A stretch of DNA of 64,000 nucleotides from Yuukianura sp. NJ FZ-2021 (lineage: Eukaryota), in NCBI GenBank assembly GCA_046563655.1, contig CM102286.1:1240001-1304000 (forward strand), in the 5' to 3' direction. Below the pieces are notes generated by a model. That model had not been told where the DNA came from, searched no databases, and was given only the letters and a program-made list of their open reading frames with translations. Position numbers and translations under genes: made by a program. Positions 1-11,480 of the stretch are shown in pieces (within the stretch, counting starts at the first letter, position 1; each line of letters begins with the position of its first letter).

Positions 1-1331
1 GCCACAAGCCATTATTTGCATTTCCGCTACACCCTGTGTAAACCACAATGAATTTTGGCAAATTTTAAAATGAATTTAAAAAACTTACTACAACCTAAAA
101 CACTTACAGTTCTTGGTGTTTTTGGTTCTAGATTTCCAAAATTTGTTTGACAGTGTTGTAGGTCAGTCGTTTTTCGAAATCCGTACAACTTCCACCCGGT
201 TTCGCACAAACGCAGCAACTCCCAAAAATGTTCGGTTTCCTAAAAAAAGAAACTTGTTTTAAATGCCGACAGACTAGGGAAAATCATAATGCAGCAAACT
301 ACTTTCGCTACTTAATAACTGCGTTTTATCTAACTGGGTGACGAGTCGGTTTCACTTCATTTTCATAAGGGCGCCAACTTGTCGGAATTCCATTTTTGAA
401 CTCCTGCGCAACCTGTTGACTTATCCAGTCGAAATCGTGCTCAACCGGAGTGTGACCAGGATCTTTGAGCCAAGCGTCGTAGTTCCAGGACTCCAGGAAA
501 TCATCATGTTGAGCCATACCACTGCGTTTGAATCGCAAAGTGTGGTCGACATACACTGGATTATGTTGAGATTCAGTTGGAAATACAATGTGTTGCATGT
601 CATAGGTCACCGGACACTGCCCAAGTATTGACCTCTCCTGGACAGAGTATTGCTGTGAAGTAGGATGTGCTTGAGTGATGCTGTTGGCACTTTCTGAAGC
701 AGTGTTTGAATTTCCCAAGAAAGTGAACCTAGAAACTTGTGTTTTCTTTAAATTCAAAGCCCATTCGGGTAAGTTTGCTTGAACTTTCATAGAAACCGGT
801 TGACCCAAACCATCCATCGTCACCTCCATCGGAGATTCAAGAAAACTTCGGATTCTGTCCGACATTTTCAACTCTCGATTCGCTCCATTCCGTTTTTGAT
901 ACTCGAATATCCGAAAGTCTTGAGGCTAAGAATAAAAAACAGTTTTCCATAATTTATTAGAAATTTAGAAAATACTAAACATTCAAGCTTTTTAGTTTAA
1001 AAAGTCAAATGTCACTGACTTGTATGAGCAGCATGTTCTTCCCAACTGCCGTGACTTTTAGAAAATACTGCGCAGACGCTGTTTCTTCAATGCTATCATT
1101 CGGGAATCCAGGCGGCGACATGAAAGAATTGACGTCGCCATGTACTGCATAAGTGTACATCCGACCAAGGGCAAAGGAATTAGTTTGTGCTTCAGCGACA
1201 TTGAAGCTGTGCGCGTCTGAAATAACAAATTCAAAATTATTCTTACGGAATAGTTTAGACTTCTTGAACTTTTTGAAAATACAAAAAATATGCAACTTGC
1301 AAATGAAACAGAACACGATGAACTCCCGCAT
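1..1331 (-). CDS. Vitellogenin-N::BBE-like oxidase fusion gene, copy A (5' part only; runs off the window edge)
   Basis: Near-identical to 4219-5558. ATG at 1331 (MREFIVFCFI); exons approx. 1331-1301, 1216-1020, 925-335, 239-108, 33-<1. Motifs FALGRMYTY, PEWALNLKK, ERSILGQCPVTY and KTTDLQHC resemble the Vitellogenin_N beta-barrel. The oxidase part would lie outside the window. Confidence 0.75.
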
Positions 1332-2227
1332 TCTCGAATAGAGTAGAACAAAAATCAGCACAAACATCAACTTTTTATTTGTAAAACTCTTGAATGCGAA
1401 GCGAAGTGAAAATAGGAACTGATTTTGGTTCGGGGATTCTGCACACCAACTTATCCTTACTTAGTTTTCAATTTGAAACCTAGCCAAAATGTTCCTTTCG
1501 GTTTCACCTTACAGTGAAAAATTTAACACATTTGGCAATTAAAAAATACAAATCGAAAGCTTGTACTAATTACCAGAAAAAATGTTTATTTTTATGTTCA
1601 TGTAACGAAAGGAACAAAGTGAAAAGAATAGAAATTAACTTACGGAAAAGTCCATCAGTAAATCAAAAAATAACACAAAACTGATATCCATCCAAAAATT
1701 TCTTTAAAATTGGATTACGTACTACACAAATATTAGGCAAAATCTAACCCATGAATCATATGTGAAACGAATCGTATCATCTTCAAAGTGCTCAAGCGTG
1801 CAAACTACGTTAAGAGAGAGATTTTTCACACTTTTTAGTTTTTTGGTAAAATCATTTTTGTAGTTATTAATTTTGTAATTTGGAAGTACACAAAAAATCA
1901 TAATGAATGCCTGTGTGTTGTTACGCTTATAGATCAGAGGTCAGTAACCCCAATCCGTTGAAATTGAAAAAAAAAATACGCAGAACTACATCTGAAGATT
2001 GAGCTTTTCATTTCATTTTTTTTTTACTAAGTTTCATGTTTTTGAAAAACAAAGACATAAGTAAAATAGTTCAAAGATTTTTGATTGTTAACAATTTTTG
2101 TTATGCTTAGGAGGGATTTTGACTTAACCTAAAATTGTAATCTTAATCCTAATTCTAAATCTATAAATCTAAAAAACCAAAATTCTAAACTAATCCTAAC
2201 ATAAAATTGTAAACTTTAAATTCTAAA

Positions 2228-5200
2228 CTATCCGTTACTTCGCGTGGAATTGACAGGCAATGAAAGTTGAGTGACAAAATAGTTGGTTGGATCCCATTTC
2301 GTTTTTTGTTGAATCAATCTGTTCAAATTTTGACCGTAATATCGAACATGATTATCCGGGATATCCAAATCAGGACTATTTTGATACGATTCTCCTCCGT
2401 CCATGAATTGAATAGTGTCCCACAGTTCATACAGATATTTCATTCCTTCTTCAACTTGATCAGGATCAGAAGAACCTTCGTAGTTAATCGTAATGACCCA
2501 AAGCGAGTCTCGGTGGACAAAAGCTGTTTCGTTTTTTCGAAATTTTTGAATTGCTCCAATTTCAGTGCCACACAGAATCCAAATATTTCTGTTTGGAATT
2601 CTCTGCAGAACTTGAGCAACTTGTTGTAGTTGAGCCATTGTGAAAAATCTTTTGATAAAAAATGATTTTGCTTTGAAGTAGCGCAGAGCAGCATTTTCTT
2701 TACGCAGACTCTTTAGAAATGCAATTCTCTCGGCGTCTGGTTGTGGACGAAAGGCGCGAGTTCTCAAAACAAGGTCAGCGGGTGACAAAATGCTGGTTTG
2801 ATTTTGAAATGGATTTGGCGGTTTTACGGTAATTGGCGAATTGCCGGTCAAATCTACAAATTGAATGAAATTTGGAAAAGTAGTTGAGGAACTAACTGGT
2901 GGCGGGAAAGTTTCAAACAAGATTTTCAAAAATGTTGAGTTTCCTTTTGGTTGAATCTTGGGATCTTGAATGTGCACAAAGCCAAAGGTAATACCGCCCC
3001 CAACTTCAGGGTTAGATGACACGAGTCCATCTTTAACAAAGAGTTTAACAATGGATTCAACGTTAGAAAATTTTGAAAATGTCATTTTGAAATTCAAATT
3101 TTGAAAAAGTGGAACTTACCGCCTGCGAGGAAAATGTTCACATAAATGGGTTCATTGACCTTGCTCCATCGAATCATATTTTGTAAAGCGAGATACGTTG
3201 GAACAAAATCTTTGACGGCATAACTCAGTCTCACAAAAGTAATTTTCATTTTGGTGGCATCGAATAATTTGAATTTGAATTTCGTCACGATTCCGATGTA
3301 CCCTGGACCACTTCCACGCAGAGCCCAAAACAAATCCGAATTCTCCCGCTCATTTGCCACCACAATTTGGCCACGCCCATCAACCATCTCAAATTCAACG
3401 GCATTGTCAATTGCCAAGCCATAATGTGCTGAGAATAGTCCCACGCCACCACCAATTGCATGACCACCCATCCCCACCGTCAAGCAACTCCCGAGTGGTA
3501 TCCCATAGCCACCATTTTCCCAAAAGTAAGCAAAAACATGCCCCAGCAAAGCTCCCGGCTCCACCAGCCCCACCGCATTGGCCCCACTTCCTTCCACACT
3601 CATTTTCTGCATGTTCCTGAAGTCCACCACGAGAGTGTGGTTGGTGCCCCACCCAATGCTTTCGTAAGAGTGACCACCACTGTTCGGCACAACGTGAATC
3701 CTGGTCTGCAGTCCACATTTGACGGCAGTCGCCACGTCATGCGCAGACGTCGGCAGGAAATAAGCCACTGGGTAAACTTTCTGTTTGCGCAGATTCCATT
3801 GGACGTTGAGGCGATTGTAGCGGTTGGAATTGGAGTCACGTGGAACGAATTTACTGCGCATGACTCCGTTTCTCTCCAAACAGGTTTGATACCATTTGAG
3901 TCGACTAGTTCGCTGAAATGGAAACAAATATTTGTTATAACAAAATTTACATTTTCGAATTATTTTTACCGTTGTTGCATTATGAGTTGGATTTCCGAAG
4001 TTCGGTTTCGGCTTTGTGTAATTTCCAAAATGTAGTCCATGTGTTGCCGGTTTGTAAGTAAAATCGGTTACTTGTTGCACAGGCCCAGGAATTCCGTGAT
4101 ACTGCATCGTTCTGGCATAGCTGATGTCGACTAGCATCATACTGTCTACATCACGCTGCGATCCTTCACGAATCATCTTGTGCGAAATTTCAAGCATGCT
4201 AACATTTTTAGCATGTTTGCCACAAGCCATTATTTGCATTTCCGCTACACCCTGTGTAAAACACAATGAATTTTGGCAAATTTTAAAATGAATTTAAGAA
4301 AACTTACTACAACCTAAACCACTTACAGTTCTTGGTGATGTTGGTTCTAGATTTCCAAAATTTGTTTGACAGTGTTGTAGGTCAGTCGTTTTTCGAAATC
4401 CGTACAACTTCGACCCGGTTTCGCACAAACGCAGCAATTCCCAAAAATTTTCGGTTTCCTAAAACAAGAAACTTGTTTGAAATGCTGACAGACTAGGGAA
4501 AAGCATAATGTACAAACTACTTTCGCTACTTAATAACTGTGTTTTATCTAACTGGGTGACGAGTCGGTTTCACTTCATTTTCATAAGGGTGCCAACTCGT
4601 CGGAATTCCATTTTTGAACTCCTGCGCAACCTGTTGACTTATCCAATCGAAATCGTTCTCAACCGGAGTGTGACCAGGATCTTTGAGCCAAGCGTTGTAG
4701 TTCCAGGACTCGAGGAAATCATCATGTTGAGGCATACCACTGCGTTTGAATCGCAAAGTGTGGTCGACATACACTGGATTATGTTGAGATTCAGTTGGAA
4801 ATACAATGTGTTGCATGTCATAGGTCACCGGACACTGCCCAAGTATTGACCTCTCCTGGACAGAGTATTGCTGTGAAGTAGGATGTGCTTGAGTGATGCT
4901 GTTGGCACTTTCTGAAGCAGTGTTTGAATTTCCCAAGAAAGTGAACCTAGAAACTTGTGTTTTCTTTAAATTCAAAGCCCATTCGGGTAAGTTTGCTTGA
5001 ACTTTCATAGAAACCGGTTGACCCAAACCATCCATCGTCACCTCCATCGGAGATTCAAGAAAACTTCGGATTCTGTCCGACATTTTCAACTCCCGATTCG
5101 CTCCATTCCGTTTTTCATACTCGAATATCCGAAAGTCTTGAGGCTAAGAATAAAAAAAAATAGTTTTCTATCAAAATTTTCAAAGCTCATAAAATTACAA

Positions 5201-5558
5201 AATATTCCAACTTTTTGTGTAAAAAGTCAAATGTCACTGACTTGTATGAGCAGCATGTTCTTCCCAACTGCCGTGACTTTTAGAAAGTACTGCGCAGACG
5301 CAGTTTCTTCCAAGTTGTCACTCGGAAATCCAGGCGGCGACATGAAAGAATTGACGTCGCCATGTACTGCATAAGTATACATCCGACCAAGGGCAAAGGA
5401 ATTCGTCTGTGCTCCAATGCCATTAAAACTCAATGCATCTGAAACAAAAAGTTTGAAATATCTTTTAAAAACTTCTCTAAAACAGTTTAATTACAGAATT
5501 TTGCAATTTTTTGAAATTAAAACTTACAAATGAAACAGAGCACCACAAATTCCCTCAT
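2228..5558 (-). CDS. Secreted fusion protein (~942 aa): signal peptide + vitellogenin/LLTP N-terminal domain + FAD-linked BBE/AA7-like oxidase, copy B (complete)
   Basis: Seven phase-compatible GT-AG exons: 5558-5528, 5438-5242, 5143-4553, 4458-4327, 4251-3970, 3912-3120, 3030-2228 (2829 nt). Oxidase motifs: P.AYFLP.S..DV..AV, SGGHSY (FAD His), GSCLTVGMGGHAIGGG (FAD Cys), NSDLFWALRG, and C-terminal BBE motif YQNSPD...YYGQNLNRL...KTKWDPTNYF. Confidence 0.8.
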
Positions 5559-6631
5559 TGCAGCAGAAAAAAAATAACGCAATTTTAACTTTTCATTTGT
5601 AAAACTCCTCTTTACTGCGAAGTGAAAATTACGAATGATTTGGATTTGAGGATTCTGCAGATCTCCAACTTTTTCTTTTAGTTGGCTGATATTTATTAGT
5701 TTATATTTTGAAACCTAACAAATTTTTCACATAAAGTGAAGAATACAGCAATTAAAAAAAATACACGAATCGAAACCTAACTACCAAAAAAGTTCAATGT
5801 TTAATGTTTGTTCGTGTAACGAAAGGAAGAAAGTGAAGAGAATCGCAATTAACTTAAGGAAAAGTCAATCAGTATACCAAAAAACAACATCCAACGGATT
5901 CACATGAAAAATTTCAAAAAAAAAATACATTACACAAATCCTAGGCAAAATCTAACCGTGAATCATGGGTGAAACGGATCGCATCATCTTCAACAGATCT
6001 TCCTCAGATCACTCTCCTCTCAAGCGTTCAAAATATCTCAAGAGAGAGATTTTGGCCACTTTTTAACTAATTTTTTGGCAAGAGAGAGATCGTTTCTGTA
6101 ATTGTCAATTTTGTAATTTGTAAGAGTTTAGAGTGGATGTCATAAAGTCAAATCCGTTGAGATTTAAAAAAAAATTTAACACTACATTCGGAAATTATTT
6201 TTTGTTTTGTTTTTACTAAACTTCATTCCTCAAAAAACTACGACTTGCTTAAACATAAGTAAAATAGTTTAAACCTATACTTATTTTTGATCGTCAACTT
6301 TTGTTTTGTTAGAAGTAATTTTGCTGCCTAAACTAAAAACTCCAAATTATGTCTTACGGGGCTGTGAAAAACCAAAAATTTGAAACTGAAAAAAACATCA
6401 CGAGTGATTCAGACTGTTTGAATTTAATAGCGAGGTTTAGGATTTCCTTGGGATAAGCACAAAATTAAATAAATAAAACGGGCATTCAAAATAATTAGTT
6501 TCAGAAAAATACTGTTGACAGACAATGATATTTTTTCTTTTTAAAGTTCCCGCTGTTTTCAAAAATGGTGAGTCACGGGAAATCTTTGGTAACAAATGAA
6601 ACAGCATCTCAGCACATTCCACGCAGTGAAG

Positions 6632-7279
6632 TCATAATGCTGCCAGTACTTTTGATTCATGCTGTCCATTTTCCTCCAGTTTCTTGACTGCCAATTCCAA
6701 GTTCAGTAGATGAGGATCCAGTGCTTCAGGGCAAATCTCTCTCATCGCTTCAGCCAACTTGAATAAATACTCTCTGTTCGTTCCACTCACTCCCGAACTT
6801 TCGTAAATTTGGAGCGCCATTTTTGAAATTGACGACGGACCGACAAAGTGCTCATTATCTTCAGATCCAAAGTACATCGTGACACGGAAGGAACGGCCTT
6901 CTCGGACACTTTCGTACAAAGCGTCAAAGTCATCTTCATCTGAACTAATACTTTCGTTGTCCGTGTCTGAAGTGTCACTCCGCGTCTCCTCTTCACTTAT
7001 GAAGCTTCCACGTCCACTGTCGCTGTCATTTTCCATTTCTTCTGCGCGTTTCCTTGACGACGGTGGTTCCAAGTACTCAGTACTTGACTGTATTGCTGCT
7101 GGAATGGAAGAAGAAGAGGCCGGTGAGTCCGTTTCAAAAATATTGAGAGGATGATTTGGAATTGGATGAAATTCGGCTGGCAGTTTTTCGTATCCCATCA
7201 CTTCTCGCATGTCTAAATGCCGTATGACGAAATCCACATCTCTGCTATGAATTTTGTAAACAACGCCCCACACACGGTT
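6632..7279 (-). CDS. CHAC: ChaC alternative distal last exon B (second copy of the C-terminal half of the GGCT domain)
   Basis: Phase-0 acceptor ttgcag| NRVWGVVYKI...HLDMREVMGY...GVSGTNREYLFKLAEAMR...DPHL. No separate WIFGYGSL exon was found between 7280 and 8213. Confidence 0.8.
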   Translation of the reverse strand, partial: NRVWGVVYKIHSRDVDFVIRHLDMREVMGYEKLPAEFHPIPNHPLNIFETDSPASSSSIPAAIQSSTEYLEPPSSRKRAEEMENDSDSGRGSFISEEETRSDTSDTDNESISSDEDDFDALYESVREGRSFRVTMYFGSEDNEHFVGPSSISKMALQIYESSGVSGTNREYLFKLAEAMREICPEALDPHLLNLELAVKKLEENGQHESKVLAAL

Positions 7280-8212
7280 CTGCAATCACAAAATAAAACA
7301 AGTTGTTAAAAAATTGTCATCATCATCAACTTTCATTACAAATTTCATCATCTAAAAAATCTATGACCAAATTCTCAAAATTTTGAATTGCAAAATCAAA
7401 TTCTATTGATTTAAAAATGAATTCCTAACCCGCTATGTCAGCAAGTTTACGTCAATTTCCAGACGACAATTTAGCAATTACTTGCTGTGTCATTCTCAAC
7501 CTTGCACTTTGCTCCTAAAATTAAATCTCAAATTGGTCTTTTCTGTCTCAATTGGTCTCAAATGACCTTTTAAGATACCGAAATGACCAAAACGTCAAGT
7601 GAAATGAGTTTTTCCGCACTTTTTAAGACTTCCACAACCATAGAAAAAAAGATTCGAAAAAACGAAACATGAACATCCTCTGGGACAAAAAGCAATCGCT
7701 TGGCTAAAACGACCGTGCTCTGTACAATGTCGTTAGTCAATGTCAATGTCAAATAAAAAATATAGCATATACATGGCAAAGCCGTTTTTCAGACAGCGCG
7801 TGCCAAATTTTTGCATCTTCGAAGCAACGAAGCAAGTGGAGTTTGGCGGAGTGGAATTAATTGAAATTGGACCTTGGTTTCCAATTTTTGCATGATGACA
7901 TGAAAATGACAAATGGAGTTACATCAATTGATTGTAATTTCCATGTTAATCCATTTACTAAACTGGTTTTTACAACATGATAAGACATCCACTTGGGAAA
8001 TTAAAAATGAAATGACACGAGCTACACTAGAAACCTAACTCACTTTATGTATTTTCGGACACAATAGACGTCATTAACACATTCATTAGTGCTAAACTTG
8101 TCAATTTTCCAAAAACTCGAGTGTTTAGTCAGTTTGTAAACATGGAAATTACCAAAATTTACTCAGCAGGTGGATGTACTATGTACAGACGGACGGACTC
8201 ACTCAATTTTCA

Positions 8213-9723
8213 TTAGTTATCATCACCCTGTCCATCGACAGAACATGATAAAATACTCAACAGTTCCTTTTCAATGGCAAACAAATGTGGATCAGTGACA
8301 TTGGGAAGTTGTGATTTCATAAAGTGGGTCAAGTTAAATAGATATTCCCGATTTGGACCACTCGGACCTTCAGCCTGCGCAATTTGCAATGCAATGTCAT
8401 AGAGTGGAGCAGGACCTAGAAATAGCGGTCCATCAATGTCACCGATGTACAAACTGACAGTAATGGATTCCACGGGAGTCTTTTTGCATTGTACTATGAC
8501 ATCACAAAGATAAGCAGCATTTGAACTTTCGACAGGATCATGTCGGTATCCGGTTTCAGCTTCTTCGGTGTCCTTTGATGCTACTGATGAGCCGGTCGGA
8601 GCGGCTTCATTCTGAGCCTGAACTGGATGGAACAAAGTCTGAGTTTGGCCAAATCTCTTCTCACGCAGATTCAAGGATTGGATCGTTTCAGAGTCAGAGT
8701 CCAAAAGTTCATAGGCAACTCCCCATACTTTGGCCTAGAGTTGCAGAATTAGAATTAACAAAAAAATGGATGACATGACATGGACTCGTGAAACTGCCGA
8801 AGTCTTCAGTCTCTAATTCTCTAATCATTTCAAAACTTTCCTAAACTTTTCAATGAAAAGTTTTCATGTTAAGTCGATACTGCACTACAATTGTCAATTA
8901 TTATCCCTCTGAAGAATGCGACTAATAAGCAGACGAGAACTTCCACTCTACGACGGAAAATTACATCGCAGTCATAATGTCACAGCTTAGAATATACTTT
9001 TCGCGCTGGAGGAAGATAATCAACGGAAAACGTTAAACCACAAGGGCTACCCCAATCGCAAATTGTTAGTGGCAGAACTAAAACCTAAACTAAAATGCCT
9101 ATAAAGTAGACCAAAGTGCTACGAAGTAGGTAGTAATCGGAATCGGGAACGACCTCTGACCACTGACCTCGGATTCTGAACTCTTTTAAGCACGACGTAG
9201 AAACAAAACACTGATACAAAAATAGATCAGGTTCCATTTGAAACTCCAACACCACAACTAAAAAGTTTGCGAGTGCCAAAATCTTTTAGCACGCGTGGAA
9301 CTAACGATATGATGGAAATAAACCTCAGCTTTGTAAACCTAAGCTTATTGTTAATACACAAAAAAAAACGAACATAGAATGGAAATGTACTTTCACTTAC
9401 ATTCGGGTCATCGGATGGAATCAGTGTGACAACTCTGCCTGGCTGTAAATAAAAAAGACAAAAATAGAACACAATGCTAAACTTAATTTCACTTTTAGGT
9501 CGTAAAAACATTCAGGAAGGTTAATTACAATAAGGAAGTAAAAACTAGTGTAACCTTCAATGATTGAAGGAAATTGAACGTAAATTACCTTTTCAGGAAT
9601 TCCACGATGATCGATACTGGCTTGGTAAAATACTCGCTCGTAACCTTTGACATATCCCACTACTTTTTTGATGTAAGGAAAGTCCGCTTTCCACACGAGT
9701 GAACCGTATCCAAATATCCACAT
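8213..9723 (-). CDS. CHAC: ChaC glutathione-specific gamma-glutamylcyclotransferase, isoform using proximal last exon A
   Basis: Exon 9723-9589 [12 protein letters not shown]...[10 protein letters not shown]; exon 9442-9401 [14 protein letters not shown]; exon 8734-8213 [10 protein letters not shown]...LNLREK...[13 protein letters not shown]. Confidence 0.9.
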
Positions 9724-11480
9724 CTTGAATGCTTCTCAAATTTTTAGCTCTCCGTTGAATTTGTAATTTCCAATTTTCAGAACTGAAATTAGAACAATAT
9801 GGAATTATTATTGAAACCCATAAACCAACGCTGAGTTTACAAAAATGGAATAGATAATGCTAAAAGTGGAACACTTACAATAGTGTTGTCGTAAACAATT
9901 GTAAGGTAAACACTAACCTGCTTGGCTCCTCCAACTGTCAAAAGTGCAATGGCAAAGGATAGGTTGGTGACAAGTGGTCCTTTATAAAGATTTCCATTCA
10001 CAGTCCCGTTCCTAAGTTTGTTGCCGTCTGTGGCTGGGTCTTTCACCACGCGGAGTTACTGTCGATGTTGGGTGTGCTTGTGGAATGCCTTGTAACGTGT
10101 AGTAAGTTGTAGAATTTTCGGTGGGGATCTTCCTTTTTACCCTAACCTTGCTTTGTAACTCCTTCTTTTGCGGTGGTGGTAATTTGCTAGTTCGAAGTGG
10201 ATGATGCAAGTTCCTGTGCTTGTTGCTGTGATGTCACCCTTATCCTGAAGGAAGTAGAGCAAAAAGAAAGGATAAATGCACAATTATGAAAGTGAGGTCA
10301 AAAGAATCAGTAATTTCTAGTTTCAGTTGCATCAAGTCAAGATTAAATGGTTTCACATACGAATTCTTTTATGTCGTCAACAAAGGAACGTCGCTGGAAT
10401 TTTGATAGGTGGGACGACTGCAGATACGATTTCTAGTTACGACGAGACAATGATGTCGTTGTCACCAAAGCGACATTGTACGATAGCTGGGTACTGGATC
10501 TTCCCGAAAGTGTCAACGCAAAGACATGGTGAACCCGGCAGTGTTGACGACGGCAATGGCCGAAGTAGAGACACTTCTCACTCTTCCATCTTCCCGAAGT
10601 TGCAATTTTTTGACACATTTCTTCCACTCTACTTTTTTAATGAAAACAAAATCGATACTTTCGCCTTTTTTGTCATTTTGCGGAACTTTCAACTTCCTTC
10701 GGTCCGACTAAAACTTTCTACCCAACCCCGGAACTGGCATACACCGATGGGCATCCAAACTTTTCTAAAGTTTTAAATGTAAAGAAATGTGTTAATTTAT
10801 TCACAAAAGCTACCTTGATAAAAACTAAAACAAAGTTTTGGAAGTACTAAACGTAGTGCGTAATTAACTTACTCCTTAAATATTGATAACGACTAGATTA
10901 CATGTAGTAAAACCCGTGTTGTGGGATAGATAAAACTAAAATCTTTCACCTAACATCGTATTCGTTGGAAGTATAATGCAGCATCTGGTACTTATATCCA
11001 TTTCATCCAGCCGATTCTACCGGACAAAATGTCAAAAAAGTGGATAATCTATCAACACTGAATAAAACTGCCAAATAATAATTTATTTAAAATTTTTATT
11101 ATTTTCTGGTGCCCATATAAGGTGTAAGGATGAAGGTGTGTAGGTAGCTCTTAGTACGACCTTACCAGAATTTGCGAATGTTTACATTTTTATTTTGATT
11201 CAATTTGGCAGGACACAGACAGATTACCCTTTAATCGGATCATCTCAGCTTCATACCCTCGAGTCGTCCACTTCCACTGTTCCAGTCATCATCGCCTCAT
11301 AAAAAGCCGAGATTCAATATCGATTTTTCGGTACGTAGCCATTAATTGAACAATTTTTATGGTGTTGGGGAAGGTTCATTTGTTGAAAGTTTCAACTTTA
11401 AACTCTGTTCCATTTTCAGGAAGTGTTCTTCGTTCAAAGGATAAACATATCCATTCTGAATCTTGAACTTGGACAAAACA

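Larger units (their letters stand above)
1..6310. repeat. Tandem segmental duplication with ~4.2 kb period (1-~2110 matches 4219-~6310)
   Basis: gccacaagccattatttgc occurs at 1 and 4219. Homology continues through exons, introns and the upstream region (shared blocks gtaacgaaagga, taggcaaaatctaacc, acataagtaaaatagtt). Confidence 0.95.

Noticed and set aside
338..631. Plus-strand ORFs (also 3460-4035 and 4508-4849) overlapping the fusion genes
   Set aside because: Antisense shadows of real exons with no recognisable motifs
10327..10776. 149-aa plus-strand ORF and neighbouring short ORFs
   Set aside because: Non-ATG start and no motif; splice signals point to a minus-strand non-coding leader instead
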